Shown in pieces: positions 28,149 through 36,717 of a stretch of 57,252 nucleotides of DNA. The position numbers and the translations under genes are program-made. Source of the stretch: Verrucomicrobiota bacterium. GTDB taxonomy: Bacteria > Verrucomicrobiota > Verrucomicrobiia > Chthoniobacterales > UBA10450. The DNA is taken from contig JBKPRQ010000155.1 in the NCBI GenBank assembly GCA_046734635.1, positions 1 through 57,252 on the forward strand. Direction: 5' to 3'. Below the pieces are notes generated by a model that saw nothing but the letters and a program-made list of their open reading frames with translations, made no database searches and was not told the DNA's origin. Position 1 is the first letter of the stretch; every line of letters starts with the position of its first letter.

Positions 28149-29999
28149 CTACACCATCGGGCGAAACCGGCCGACCACTTCCTGTAACCGGCTAGTAATT
28201 TGGCCTAACGAACAGACTTCCGCTGCTTCGAGCAACATTGGGAAACAGTTTTCACCGCGTTCGACAACATCGGCGAGCTTATCCAGCGCGCGTTTGGCTT
28301 TTTCGGCGTTTTTCTTTTTGAATTTCGCAAGCCGATCAACCTGCAATTCCTGTTTCTTCCGCGAGGTGCGCGCCAGTTTCACCTCCGGCATATCTTCGGC
28401 GCCGTCACGATAGCGATTGAGTCCGATAATCGGCCGAGTTCCATTGTAAATCTGCTGCTCGTACCGATGCGCGGCGTTTTGAATCTGGCTGCGCTGATAA
28501 CGGTCTTCGACCGCGGCCAGCACGCCACCCAGGCGCTCGATCTCGCGGAATTCATCGAGAATGGACGCTTCCACCGAGCGCTCGACGGCTTTCATGCCGG
28601 GCGAACCGCTCAACATGTTCATGGTGTGTTTGAAAATTCCGGACTCCTCGAGCAGGATCGCCTGCCCGTGCGCGGCAAGACGAATCCATTCTTCGCTCGG
28701 TGTTGTGAACGGTTCGTCCGCGCTGTTGGAGTGACATGAATTGGTCGCGTTCATGTAAGCAAGCACTAGTTCGGCCGCAGTGCGGGTCAGATTGTTTTTG
28801 AATTCCGCTGCGATGAGCGAGCGACCGCTCGTCTGGGTATGCAATTTGAAAAGCTGCGCTCGCGGTCCTGCGCCAAACACGTCCCGCATTCCAATCGCCC
28901 AGATACGCCGCGACACGCGAGCGAGCGCGATATATTCGGCATCGAGGCCGCAATCGAGAAAGAATGAAAGGCGCGGCCCGAATTGATCGACCGGGATTCC
29001 GCGTGCCGCGAACATTTCCGCGTAGGCGAAACCATTCGAGAGCGTATACGCGGCTTGTTGCACCGGCGTCGAGCCGGCTTCTCCAATGTGGTAGCCGCTG
29101 ATCGAAATCGGATACCACCGCGACATTTCATGCGTGGTGAACTCAACCATGTCAGTGAGAAACCGCAGCGAGGCTTCGATCGGGAAAATCGTTTCGTTCT
29201 GTGCCTGGACTTCTTTGAAGATGTCGGCCTGAATTGTGCCGCGGAGCTTTGGAACAACTTTCGGACCAAACCGGCGTTTCGCGGCAGCGATGTACATCGC
29301 CATGATAATCGGCGCCGGCCCGCTGATGGTCATCGACGCGGAAAAATTAGGCGAGCCGAGATCAAAACCGTCGTAAAGCCGGACCATGTCTTCGACCGTG
29401 TCGATCGCGACGCCGCCCTCGCCAATTTTTCCGAATACTCCATCCGCGTCGCTATCGATGCCGTAGAGCGTCGGCCCATCGAAGGCGGTGCTGAGTCGGT
29501 GAGTGCGTTGATGCCGCGTTAGATAATGAAAACGCTCGTTGGTATCTTCGGCCAGCATCAAGCCAGAGAACAAACGCGTCGGTTCTTCGGCTTGAGGCAA
29601 TGGCGGCCGCGTTTTCGAACTCTTCGCAGGCGACACGGTCCGAGCCGGACTGGCATTTGCCGCTACAGTTTGGCCGTTTTTCTCGAAGCTTTCGACCTCG
29701 CGGACCGGCTCCAGATACATCTCGCGATACGCCCCATTGAGAAACGGAAACTCGCCTGGTAATCCTTCTCCGAAAAGATAACGCGCAATCTCGCCCGGGT
29801 CATCGATCTCGGGCAACGCCAGACGCGGCAATGGTACACCGGTGGGCGTACGCGTGATCGGAATTTTTGCTTTGACGTCGTTCCAGCGACCCAGCAGTTC
29901 GCGCCCGAATTCTTGATCAGCGCGTGCGCGCTTCACCTCATCGAGAACGAACTTGTTGTACTTCTCGATCGACTCAACAACTTGTCCAAGCTTGCTCAT
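28149..29999 (-). CDS. IcmF-like acyl-CoA mutase, substrate-binding (TIM-barrel) part
   Basis: 616 aa of the methylmalonyl-CoA mutase family (SMTISGPAPIIMAMY, GTIQADIFKEVQAQNETIFP, HTQTSGRSL). A Gln stands where MCM has the substrate Arg (..VQAQNE..), pointing to isobutyryl-CoA-mutase type. Confidence 0.85.
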   Translation of the reverse strand: MSKLGQVVESIEKYNKFVLDEVKRARADQEFGRELLGRWNDVKAKIPITRTPTGVPLPRLALPEIDDPGEIARYLFGEGLPGEFPFLNGAYREMYLEPVREVESFEKNGQTVAANASPARTVSPAKSSKTRPPLPQAEEPTRLFSGLMLAEDTNERFHYLTRHQRTHRLSTAFDGPTLYGIDSDADGVFGKIGEGGVAIDTVEDMVRLYDGFDLGSPNFSASMTISGPAPIIMAMYIAAAKRRFGPKVVPKLRGTIQADIFKEVQAQNETIFPIEASLRFLTDMVEFTTHEMSRWYPISISGYHIGEAGSTPVQQAAYTLSNGFAYAEMFAARGIPVDQFGPRLSFFLDCGLDAEYIALARVSRRIWAIGMRDVFGAGPRAQLFKLHTQTSGRSLIAAEFKNNLTRTAAELVLAYMNATNSCHSNSADEPFTTPSEEWIRLAAHGQAILLEESGIFKHTMNMLSGSPGMKAVERSVEASILDEFREIERLGGVLAAVEDRYQRSQIQNAAHRYEQQIYNGTRPIIGLNRYRDGAEDMPEVKLARTSRKKQELQVDRLAKFKKKNAEKAKRALDKLADVVERGENCFPMLLEAAEVCSLGQITSRLQEVVGRFRPMV

Positions 30000-31156
30000 T
30001 TTGATCCTCTTGAAATTAGCTCGAATAATTCATCCACGCCAGGATCGCGATGCCGTTTTGCGACGGTATCAATCAGCTGTTGATTACGCCGGTTTTGTTC
30101 CAGACGTTGTTCGATTTCCGTGTGCGCGGTGCGAGCCCGCTGAAGATCGCTTTTGTTCACCACCACGATATCGGCGAGATCGAGCATCACGATTTTTTGC
30201 AACTGCAATCTGCTGCCGTAATCAGGATTCATCACCAGGACCGTCTGATCTACAATGCCATTTTTCTGAAACGGCATCGCCTCCTGACCGGTGCCCACAG
30301 TTTCAATGATCACGTAATCGAAGCCCGAATCGGCGAGCAGCGCCAGACAATCGTGTGTGGCGGGCGACAGGCCCCCGGCCTGTCCGCGTGTGGCCATGCT
30401 GCGCATGAACACACGATCATTCTGCGAATTGATCATCGTGGCCCGATCGCCCAATAACGCTCCTTCGCCAATTACGCTCGGATCGTGCGACAAGATCGCG
30501 ATCCTTCCCTTGGGATTCTGATTCAGGAAACGCAGCACCAGTTCATCAATCAACGTAGTCTTGCCAGCACCACCGGGGCCGGTGAAGCCGATGACCTTTG
30601 TATTTTTGATTTTCGGTCCGAGCCGGACCGGCATCTTTCGATTTTCGATTTTTCCCCTGGGCGTTCGGCGTTTGCCTCTGGCATAAGCGTCCTCAATTTC
30701 GGTCAGCTTGTGGCCGAGTTCCTGGTCGAGCGATTTCGGACGCGACCGTTTCCCGCGCGGCTTTCCGTAGTGCCGAACATACTCGGTCATTTCCGCGAGC
30801 GAAGTTCCAGCAAAGAAAATGTTGTCGACGCCTTTGCGCTTCATTGCTGCAGCGTCCTCATGGGTGATCGTTCCACCGCCGCCGCCAAAGACTTTGATGT
30901 CGTTTGCGCCACGCTTCCGCAAAAGCTCAATGACTTCTGCGAAGAATTCGATGTGCCCGCCGTTGTAACTCGAGATGCCAATGGCGCGTACGTCCTCCTG
31001 GATGGCGGCGCGCACGATATCACCAACCGATCGATGATAGCCGAGATACACGACTTCGATTCCGTGGCGGATGAACTCCAGATTGATCGTGTTAATTGCG
31101 CTGTCGTGTCCGTCGCAAATGGGGACTGCGGTTAAAATTCTAACGGGTGAAGCCAT
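29996..31156 (-). CDS. IcmF-like mutase, B12-binding domain fused to MeaB-type G3E GTPase
   Basis: ILTAVPICDGHDSAINTI...VVYLGYHRS...GISSYNGGH (B12 domain), then P-loop GFTGPGGAGKTTLIDEL and VVVNKSD (NKxD). Its stop overlaps the downstream start as ATGA. Confidence 0.85.
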   Translation of the reverse strand: MASPVRILTAVPICDGHDSAINTINLEFIRHGIEVVYLGYHRSVGDIVRAAIQEDVRAIGISSYNGGHIEFFAEVIELLRKRGANDIKVFGGGGGTITHEDAAAMKRKGVDNIFFAGTSLAEMTEYVRHYGKPRGKRSRPKSLDQELGHKLTEIEDAYARGKRRTPRGKIENRKMPVRLGPKIKNTKVIGFTGPGGAGKTTLIDELVLRFLNQNPKGRIAILSHDPSVIGEGALLGDRATMINSQNDRVFMRSMATRGQAGGLSPATHDCLALLADSGFDYVIIETVGTGQEAMPFQKNGIVDQTVLVMNPDYGSRLQLQKIVMLDLADIVVVNKSDLQRARTAHTEIEQRLEQNRRNQQLIDTVAKRHRDPGVDELFELISRGSK

Positions 31157-31207
31157 CGGAAAAATCTAGCGTTGAACCGTTAAATCGTTAAATCGTTAAC
31201 TCGTCAA

Positions 31208-31963
31208 ATGCCAGATTCACTAGATTTCACAGGCAAAACCGTGCTCGTCACAGGTAGCTCCCGAGGAATTGGCGCGGAGATGATCAAGGCATTTGGCCAG
31301 CGCGGCGCGCAATGTGTGGTGAATTATGTGGCCGACGCACACGGACAAAACAAGACCGACGCAGCCAGCGTGGCCAGTGAACTCAATGGGCCGTTGGTGA
31401 TTGAATGCGACGTGACGCAACCGCCGCAGGTCGAGGCGATGATGAAGCAAATACAAGATAGGCATGGTGGACTCGATATTCTCGTGAACAATTCCGGTAT
31501 CATCAGCGATCGCACGATCAAGAAAATGTCGGCGGAGACTTTTGAGAGCGTGTTGCGTGTCAATCTCATCGGCACATTCACGGTCACGCAAAAGGCCGGC
31601 GCCATTCTGCGAGATGGCGGTCGGATCATTAACTTGTCTTCCGTCAGCGGCCAGCTCGGGTTGTTCGGTCAGGCAAATTATTCATCGAGTAAGGCTGCCA
31701 TCATTGCCCTCACGAAAGTTTCGGCGCGTGAGTTTGCGCGTCAGAACATTACCGTGAACGCCATTGCGCCTGGCTTCATCGACGTCGGCATGAGCAAAGG
31801 CATGCCGGACGAGGTCACGCAAAATTTCATAAAGCAAATTCCGCTCGGCCGGCTTGGCGATGTCAGCGAAATTGTAAACGCCGCGCTTTTTCTAGCGTCT
31901 CCGATGGCTTCGTATGTCACCGGACACGTCTTGAACGTAAACGGCGGTTTCTACATGGGCTGA
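31208..31963 (+). CDS. SDR-family oxidoreductase (3-oxoacyl-ACP reductase FabG-like)
   Basis: TGSSRGIG cofactor motif, NNSG, catalytic YSSSK and PGFI; 251 aa. Confidence 0.85.
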   Translation: MPDSLDFTGKTVLVTGSSRGIGAEMIKAFGQRGAQCVVNYVADAHGQNKTDAASVASELNGPLVIECDVTQPPQVEAMMKQIQDRHGGLDILVNNSGIISDRTIKKMSAETFESVLRVNLIGTFTVTQKAGAILRDGGRIINLSSVSGQLGLFGQANYSSSKAAIIALTKVSAREFARQNITVNAIAPGFIDVGMSKGMPDEVTQNFIKQIPLGRLGDVSEIVNAALFLASPMASYVTGHVLNVNGGFYMG

Positions 31964-31985
31964 TTTGCGGCGTCAGCCCGGACAA

Positions 31986-32201
31986 CTAGTCCAGCTTCTG
32001 CACCAGCAACCAAACCAACGCCGAAAGCATCGCAGCAAATGCCGATAACACGAACGTCGCGCGCTTCGTCTGACGTATCTTGAAGGCGGGCTTGGGGATG
32101 TCGTCGTGAATGTGACTAGCCTCGAACAGTTTCATCAGCGCAAACGCGACGATGAAACCGACGGCGGCCCATTTCAGGCATCCAAGAAACATGTCAAGCA
32201 T
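31986..32201 (-). CDS. Small two-TM membrane protein (hypothetical)
   Basis: 71-aa ORF with two hydrophobic helices and no recognisable family. Confidence 0.4.
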   Translation of the reverse strand: MLDMFLGCLKWAAVGFIVAFALMKLFEASHIHDDIPKPAFKIRQTKRATFVLSAFAAMLSALVWLLVQKLD

Positions 32202-32433
32202 CCCGGCCCGATTCTAGCGCAGGCGCCCGCCGCCCTCAACTCGCGAAAGCTTTCGGAGTCAAGCCCGCGCGCTTCCGCCCGGCTTGAATGTTCGAGCCGG
32301 CCAGGGCAACGTTATTTCCCTGGTGGTATGGGATGCGAAGTTGCAACGGTTTTGATGTTTTTCCGCGCCTAAAAACCTGCTGTGCTTGGAAATACGTTGA
32401 CTGTAATCCCGCGGTCTAGTTACGCTCGCCTGC

Positions 32434-33039
32434 ATGACTAAAAGATTCTTTACTCTCTTCCTCGCAATCAGTCTTGCCAGTGTTTGCGCTATCCAAGCTC
32501 AGTCGCCCACGCCGGGTGAGTCGCCGGCAAAACATGGCGGGCGCAAGAAAGCTGAAACGGCGGCATCGGCCAGCGAGACTGCCGCGTCGCCTTCACCTGC
32601 GGAGTCCCCTGCTGGTGCACCAAAACCGAAGCGCGGGCGCAAGAAAGCGGAAGCCGGCACCGCAGCCAGTCCGGCTGCATCGCCAGCTGCCTCGCCCGCA
32701 GTCACGCCCAAGCCAAAAGGCGCTCGCAAAAAAGCGGCCGCAGCAACGAGTCCGTCGCCGTCGCCTTCCAGATTCTCGCTTGGCGACTTATTCAAGCCGA
32801 AAAGTTCCGCCGCAGCCAGTCCAGCTGCTGTGAGCGCCCCTGCAAAGAAAACGAGCGCCGCCGCAGCATCTAATCCGCCGGCGCCCGGTGGTGGTCACGG
32901 ATTGGTGTGGGTAAACACGGATTCGCATGTATACCACAAGGAAGGATCACGTTTTTACGGCACGACCAAGAAGGGCAAGTACATGACTGAAGCGGAGGCG
33001 CAAAAAGAAGGAAACAGGGCTGCAGGGAAAGGCGAGTAA
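32434..33039 (+). CDS. Secreted Ala/Pro/Ser-rich repeat protein with conserved C-terminal module
   Basis: Signal peptide MTKRFFTLFLAISLASVCAIQA. Three roughly 30-aa low-complexity repeats each contain G(G/R/A)RKKA(E/A). The C-terminal module is GLVWVNTDSHVYHKEGSRFYGTTKKGKYMTEAEAQKEG. Confidence 0.65.
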   Translation: MTKRFFTLFLAISLASVCAIQAQSPTPGESPAKHGGRKKAETAASASETAASPSPAESPAGAPKPKRGRKKAEAGTAASPAASPAASPAVTPKPKGARKKAAAATSPSPSPSRFSLGDLFKPKSSAAASPAAVSAPAKKTSAAAASNPPAPGGGHGLVWVNTDSHVYHKEGSRFYGTTKKGKYMTEAEAQKEGNRAAGKGE

Positions 33040-33087
33040 AGCTAGAAAATTCAGGCAAAGCCGGTTCAATTCAGAGTTTACAAGGCC

Positions 33088-33115
33088 GGGCGTAGCGACT
33101 GCACCAGCTACGCCC
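33088..33115. terminator. Hairpin between convergent genes (weak terminator candidate)
   Basis: GGGCGTAGC-gactgcacca-GCTACGCCC, a 9-bp stem with no clear U-tract. Confidence 0.35.
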
Positions 33116-33126
33116 CGCTGCTTTGT

Positions 33127-33495
33127 TCATTCCCTGGTCAGACTTTGCAGCGCGTCGGCCAATGATTCGAAAGTAGCGATTTGGATCTCGGGGCCGTAAT
33201 GGAATTGTGACAGAATATTAAGACCAATATCCTTGTGTGGATCGGGCATAACTCGCGTCACAGAGGCAACCTGTTTTTCAGTGAGCGCGTCCATGATTTC
33301 AGCAATGTAAGGCGCGGACGCCGAATCCATAGACTCCAACCACCGGAAATCAGCCAGAACGCGGAAGCCAGGTGCAACGCCTCGCAAGAGCTCGCGCATC
33401 TGCTGCGCAGCGAGCTTTGCCTCCTCGGCCGTGACTCGCTGCAGAGCGCTGAGTACAACAAGACGTTTCGATCGATCGATCTCCACGGCATACAT
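33127..33495 (-). CDS. Hypothetical protein (possibly STAS/SpoIIAA-like fold)
   Basis: 122-aa ORF of normal composition. The pattern ...RLVVLSALQRVTAEEAK...FRVLADFRWLESMD... resembles small anti-sigma-antagonist-like domains, but the assignment is weak. Confidence 0.5.
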   Translation of the reverse strand: MYAVEIDRSKRLVVLSALQRVTAEEAKLAAQQMRELLRGVAPGFRVLADFRWLESMDSASAPYIAEIMDALTEKQVASVTRVMPDPHKDIGLNILSQFHYGPEIQIATFESLADALQSLTRE

Positions 33496-33609
33496 TCTTT
33501 GTGATCACACGACGCGGTCGCTCCCGCAAGTGTCTCTGCTCCCGGTAGCAATCGGCTGCATAGCAGGTGATAGGTTGTCGCTTACACGTTTTGCTTCTTT
33601 ATTCTTCTC

Positions 33610-33825
33610 GTGAGTGCGACCGATATCACCGTCTGGATCATGTCAGCGCTTCTCGCGATCGGTATCGGCTTGAGCAAGTATGCGAAGTGGAGAACGCGCG
33701 ACAAATTCGTGCGCGACCTGGCAGCGATGGATCCCGAGCGCCGTGAAAAAATCCTCAGCCGCATGAACCCTGAGCTCGCGATGGAGGCTCGGCAGGAATT
33801 AATGCGGCGATTTCATATCAGCTGA
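33610..33825 (+). CDS. Small single-TM protein (hypothetical)
   Basis: 71 aa, GTG start, one N-terminal TM helix and a charged helical tail. Confidence 0.4.
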   Translation: MSATDITVWIMSALLAIGIGLSKYAKWRTRDKFVRDLAAMDPERREKILSRMNPELAMEARQELMRRFHIS

Positions 33826-33878
33826 TCTGCCGCGCAATCCGTTGTGAGTTTGTAATTCTAACTTTCCCGAACTCTCCA

Positions 33879-34277
33879 ATGTCCTCCGCGCGTTTCGAAA
33901 TGATCCTTCCGGTGCAGCCAGGCGATATTGACGAGCAGGATCATGTCAACAACACCGTTTACCTGCGGTGGGTCCAGGAGGTTGCGACCGCGCACTGGCG
34001 AGCTGTCGCCAGCGCCGAGGCGCAAGGGACCATTGGCTGGGTGGTCTTGCGACACGAGATCGACTACAAAGCTCCTGCCGTACCAGGTGACGAAGTCGTG
34101 CTTCGCACCTGGGTAGGCAAAGCCACTCGGCTAACGTTTGAGCGATTCACAGAAATCCGACGCAATCGCGATGGCCAGCTCTTGGCAGAGGCTCGGACTC
34201 TCTGGTGCCCGATCAATACGCAAACCAGCCGGCCGATCCGCGTATCGGCAGACGTGCGCGCACAGTTCTCGACATGA
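33879..34277 (+). CDS. Acyl-CoA thioesterase, 4HBT/YbgC hot-dog fold
   Basis: VQPGDIDEQDHVNNTVYLRW and the ...RHEIDYKAPAVPGDEVVLRTWV pattern; 132 aa. Confidence 0.8.
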   Translation: MSSARFEMILPVQPGDIDEQDHVNNTVYLRWVQEVATAHWRAVASAEAQGTIGWVVLRHEIDYKAPAVPGDEVVLRTWVGKATRLTFERFTEIRRNRDGQLLAEARTLWCPINTQTSRPIRVSADVRAQFST

Positions 34278-34312
34278 GCTGGGAAATCAGGCGGCGAAGG
34301 CGCAGATATCAA

Positions 34313-34354
34313 GTTGATCATTGAGTATTGAGCGTTGAGCGTTGGGCGTTGGAA
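34313..34354. repeat. Six tandem heptamers (consensus GTTGAGC)
   Basis: GTTGATC ATTGAGT ATTGAGC GTTGAGC GTTGGGC GTTGGAA. This lies immediately upstream of, and overlapping, the annotated TTG start of the glycosyltransferase. Confidence 0.8.
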
Positions 34355-35521
34355 GTTCCATCTCCCGATTCACGTCCGGTTATCGCTTGTTATTGCGCGA
34401 CATTTCTTAAGCCGGAGATGTTGCACATCTACCGGCAAATCACAGCGCTAAAGCGATGCATTCCCCTCGTGATTGCGCAGAAACGCGAACAACAAGAGCG
34501 CTATCCGTTTGAGCCTGTCCACATCGTTCCCAAGCCAGCGACACATTTCCTGCGACGTTTTTGGTTCAGGCAATTGCGCGATGCGCCATGGAAGATTTCA
34601 GACGCCGAACTGCGCGCGTTGCAGAGCATCTTGAGCAGGAACGGCGCGCGCCTGTTGCACATTTACTTTGGTCAGATTGCCGTCCACCTCCTCCCGCTGA
34701 TTCGTGCGTGGGAAAGACCGTCCATTGTTTCCTTTCATGGCGCCGATGTGCTAGTGGACATGAACAAGCCAGCATATCGCGAAGCCACACGACAAATGCT
34801 TGAAGCGGTCAACCTGGTCCTGGTTCGCTCCGAATCGCTTCGACGCGCAGTCATTGATCTTGGTTGCGACGAAGGGAAAGTCCAAATCCAGCGAACTGGG
34901 ATTCCATTGGGTGAATTTCCTTTTCATGAACGAAGCTTCGTCGCGGGGGCGGCGACCGAATGGCGGTTCGTGCAAGCTGGCCGTTTGATCGAAAAGAAAG
35001 GTCTGCCAGTTACGCTCCGCGCTTTTGCAGTTTTTCTGCGCCAACATCCCAACGCGAAGCTAACAATTGCAGGAGAGGGACCATTGCTTGTTCAGCTTCA
35101 GGATTTGGCGCGTGACCTGAAGATCGATAGTCGCGTTTCATTCACAGGTTTCGTCTCGCAGGAAAAACTGCGCGAAATCTATTACGCGTCGCATATTTTT
35201 TTACATCCCAGCCAGACGGGCCGTGACGGAAATCAGGAAGGCGTCCCAAATTCGATGTTGGAAGCAATGGCCAATGGCCTTCCCGTGTTTGCTACTCGGC
35301 ATGGCGGCATTCCCGAAGTGATCGAGAACGGCGTTTCCGGCGTGCTCGTGGGTGAGGGTGATCATGAGAAATTGGCAGCGGCGCTTCTCGATGCGGCGAC
35401 CGATCCTGGATTCCTTTCGCGGATCGCGCGCAACGGCACCGAGATTGTTCGAAAAAATTTCGATCTACGCGCTCAAGCGCAAAGGCTGGAAGAAATTTAT
35501 TTGCGGATGACACAGATGTAG
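34328..35521 (+). CDS. Glycosyltransferase family 4 (GT-B)
   Basis: C-terminal EGVPNSMLEAMANGLPVFATRHGGIPEVIENGVSG (E-x7-E type motif). The N-terminal half resembles WcaL-like GT4. The first 9 or so codons are the heptamer repeat, so the start is uncertain (TTG 34328 or 34349). Confidence 0.8.
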   Translation: MSVERWALEVPSPDSRPVIACYCATFLKPEMLHIYRQITALKRCIPLVIAQKREQQERYPFEPVHIVPKPATHFLRRFWFRQLRDAPWKISDAELRALQSILSRNGARLLHIYFGQIAVHLLPLIRAWERPSIVSFHGADVLVDMNKPAYREATRQMLEAVNLVLVRSESLRRAVIDLGCDEGKVQIQRTGIPLGEFPFHERSFVAGAATEWRFVQAGRLIEKKGLPVTLRAFAVFLRQHPNAKLTIAGEGPLLVQLQDLARDLKIDSRVSFTGFVSQEKLREIYYASHIFLHPSQTGRDGNQEGVPNSMLEAMANGLPVFATRHGGIPEVIENGVSGVLVGEGDHEKLAAALLDAATDPGFLSRIARNGTEIVRKNFDLRAQAQRLEEIYLRMTQM

Positions 35522-35625
35522 CGCGTGGCGCCCTGGTTGCGATTTCTTCCATATGCTCATTGCGCCGTTTTTCCTCTATTTCATGCGGCTGGACTTATGG
35601 AGCATTGCGAAATAGAGATGCTATT

Positions 35626-36177
35626 ATGAAGTCTTTCAGAGTTTCATTCATTGCGCTCATATTCCTGCTAGCGGTTGGCTTCAGTGGGCAGTCCCAAACA
35701 CCGGCGGAAAAACCCTCGGCACCCCTGAAAGCTGTCGCTGTGCTTCATCCCACCGCGGGTAGTAAAGTCGGCGGTACAGTTACCTTCACTGAAGAAGCCG
35801 ATGGAGTGAAGGTCCGTGCGGAAATCACCGGTCTGCCGGCTGGGAATCATGGATTTCACGTCCATGAGTTCGGTGATTGCAGCGCGGCCGATGCGAGTTC
35901 GGCCGGAGCTCATTTTAATCCGACGCACAAACCGCATGCAGGACCAGACACACCCGAACGGCATGTAGGCGACATGGGAAATGTGCAAGCCGACGCTTCT
36001 GGAAAGGCGACGCTGGAATATGTGGACCATCAAATCTCGCTCACGAACGACGAACGCTCCGTGATCGGGCGTTCCGTAGTAGTTCACGCGAAGGCGGACG
36101 ACCTTAAATCCCAGCCTTCTGGCGACTCTGGTGCGCGCGTTGCATGTGGCGTCATCGGGCGGGCGAAAAACCAGTGA
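35626..36177 (+). CDS. sodC: Cu/Zn superoxide dismutase, periplasmic
   Basis: Signal peptide MKSFRVSFIALIFLLAVGFSG, then GFHVHEFGDCS, HFNP, HVGDMGNV, and GRSVVVHAKADD...GDSGARVACGVIG. Confidence 0.9.
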   Translation: MKSFRVSFIALIFLLAVGFSGQSQTPAEKPSAPLKAVAVLHPTAGSKVGGTVTFTEEADGVKVRAEITGLPAGNHGFHVHEFGDCSAADASSAGAHFNPTHKPHAGPDTPERHVGDMGNVQADASGKATLEYVDHQISLTNDERSVIGRSVVVHAKADDLKSQPSGDSGARVACGVIGRAKNQ

Positions 36178-36306
36178 GGGCAATTACGCCGTTGCGTCTG
36201 TGCATCTCTTGCCGTCTGGTCATATCATTCCTGAAACTCTTATCTCTTTGCTCGACAGCGCTCTTTTCGTTTGCTCAAATTGGGAAAACTAACGCCGTCC
36301 ACGCCT

Positions 36307-36705
36307 ATGCCACGAATACCCAAAACTGAATTGTCGCCGGATAACGGCTGCGTCATCGACATGAAATGGCAACTTGGTCCGCTGAGTTATCACTCGTCTG
36401 CGGCTGGAAAAGACCCCGTACCCCTTGTAACGCAGTCAACTCGCCTGCCGGAGATCGTGCTTTACGATCACGTGGGATTCAAAGGCGCCTACGCTCGCAC
36501 GAATCTGAGTTTCCATTACGTCGGAGATTTTTGGAACGACCGCATCAGTTGCCTGATTGTGGTGAATGGCGTTTGGCGATTTTATCGCGACGACTATTAC
36601 AAAGGGCCTTACTGGGATCTCGGTCCAGGTTATTACGAAAGTTTTTTTGCTGAAAAAGGTCCAGACGACGTCGTCAGTTCGTTTCAGTGCATCGCGCTGA
36701 CATAA
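36307..36705 (+). CDS. Beta/gamma-crystallin domain protein
   Basis: Two Greek-key signatures, LYDHVGFKG...DRISCL and FYRDDYYKG...DVVSSF. The start is uncertain (TTG 36271, ATG 36307 or ATG 36361). Confidence 0.6.
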   Translation: MPRIPKTELSPDNGCVIDMKWQLGPLSYHSSAAGKDPVPLVTQSTRLPEIVLYDHVGFKGAYARTNLSFHYVGDFWNDRISCLIVVNGVWRFYRDDYYKGPYWDLGPGYYESFFAEKGPDDVVSSFQCIALT

Positions 36706-36717
36706 GGCAGCCCCGCG

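Noticed and set aside
29640-29670. GCCGCTACAGTTTGG inside the IcmF-barrel gene resembles one end of the CTGTAG element.
   Set aside because: Only about 12 nt match, with no partner arm or hairpin. It lies in a low-complexity linker (…GQTVAANASPART…) and may be chance.
33496-33609. Checked intergenic gaps over 100 nt (643-916, 990-1146, 19830-19976, 21182-21362, 32202-32433, 33496-33609, 50291-50451) for structured ncRNAs.
   Set aside because: I could not recognise any conserved ncRNA core (tmRNA, RNase P, SRP, 6S, common riboswitches) by eye. A covariance-model scan (Rfam/Infernal) would be needed to be sure.
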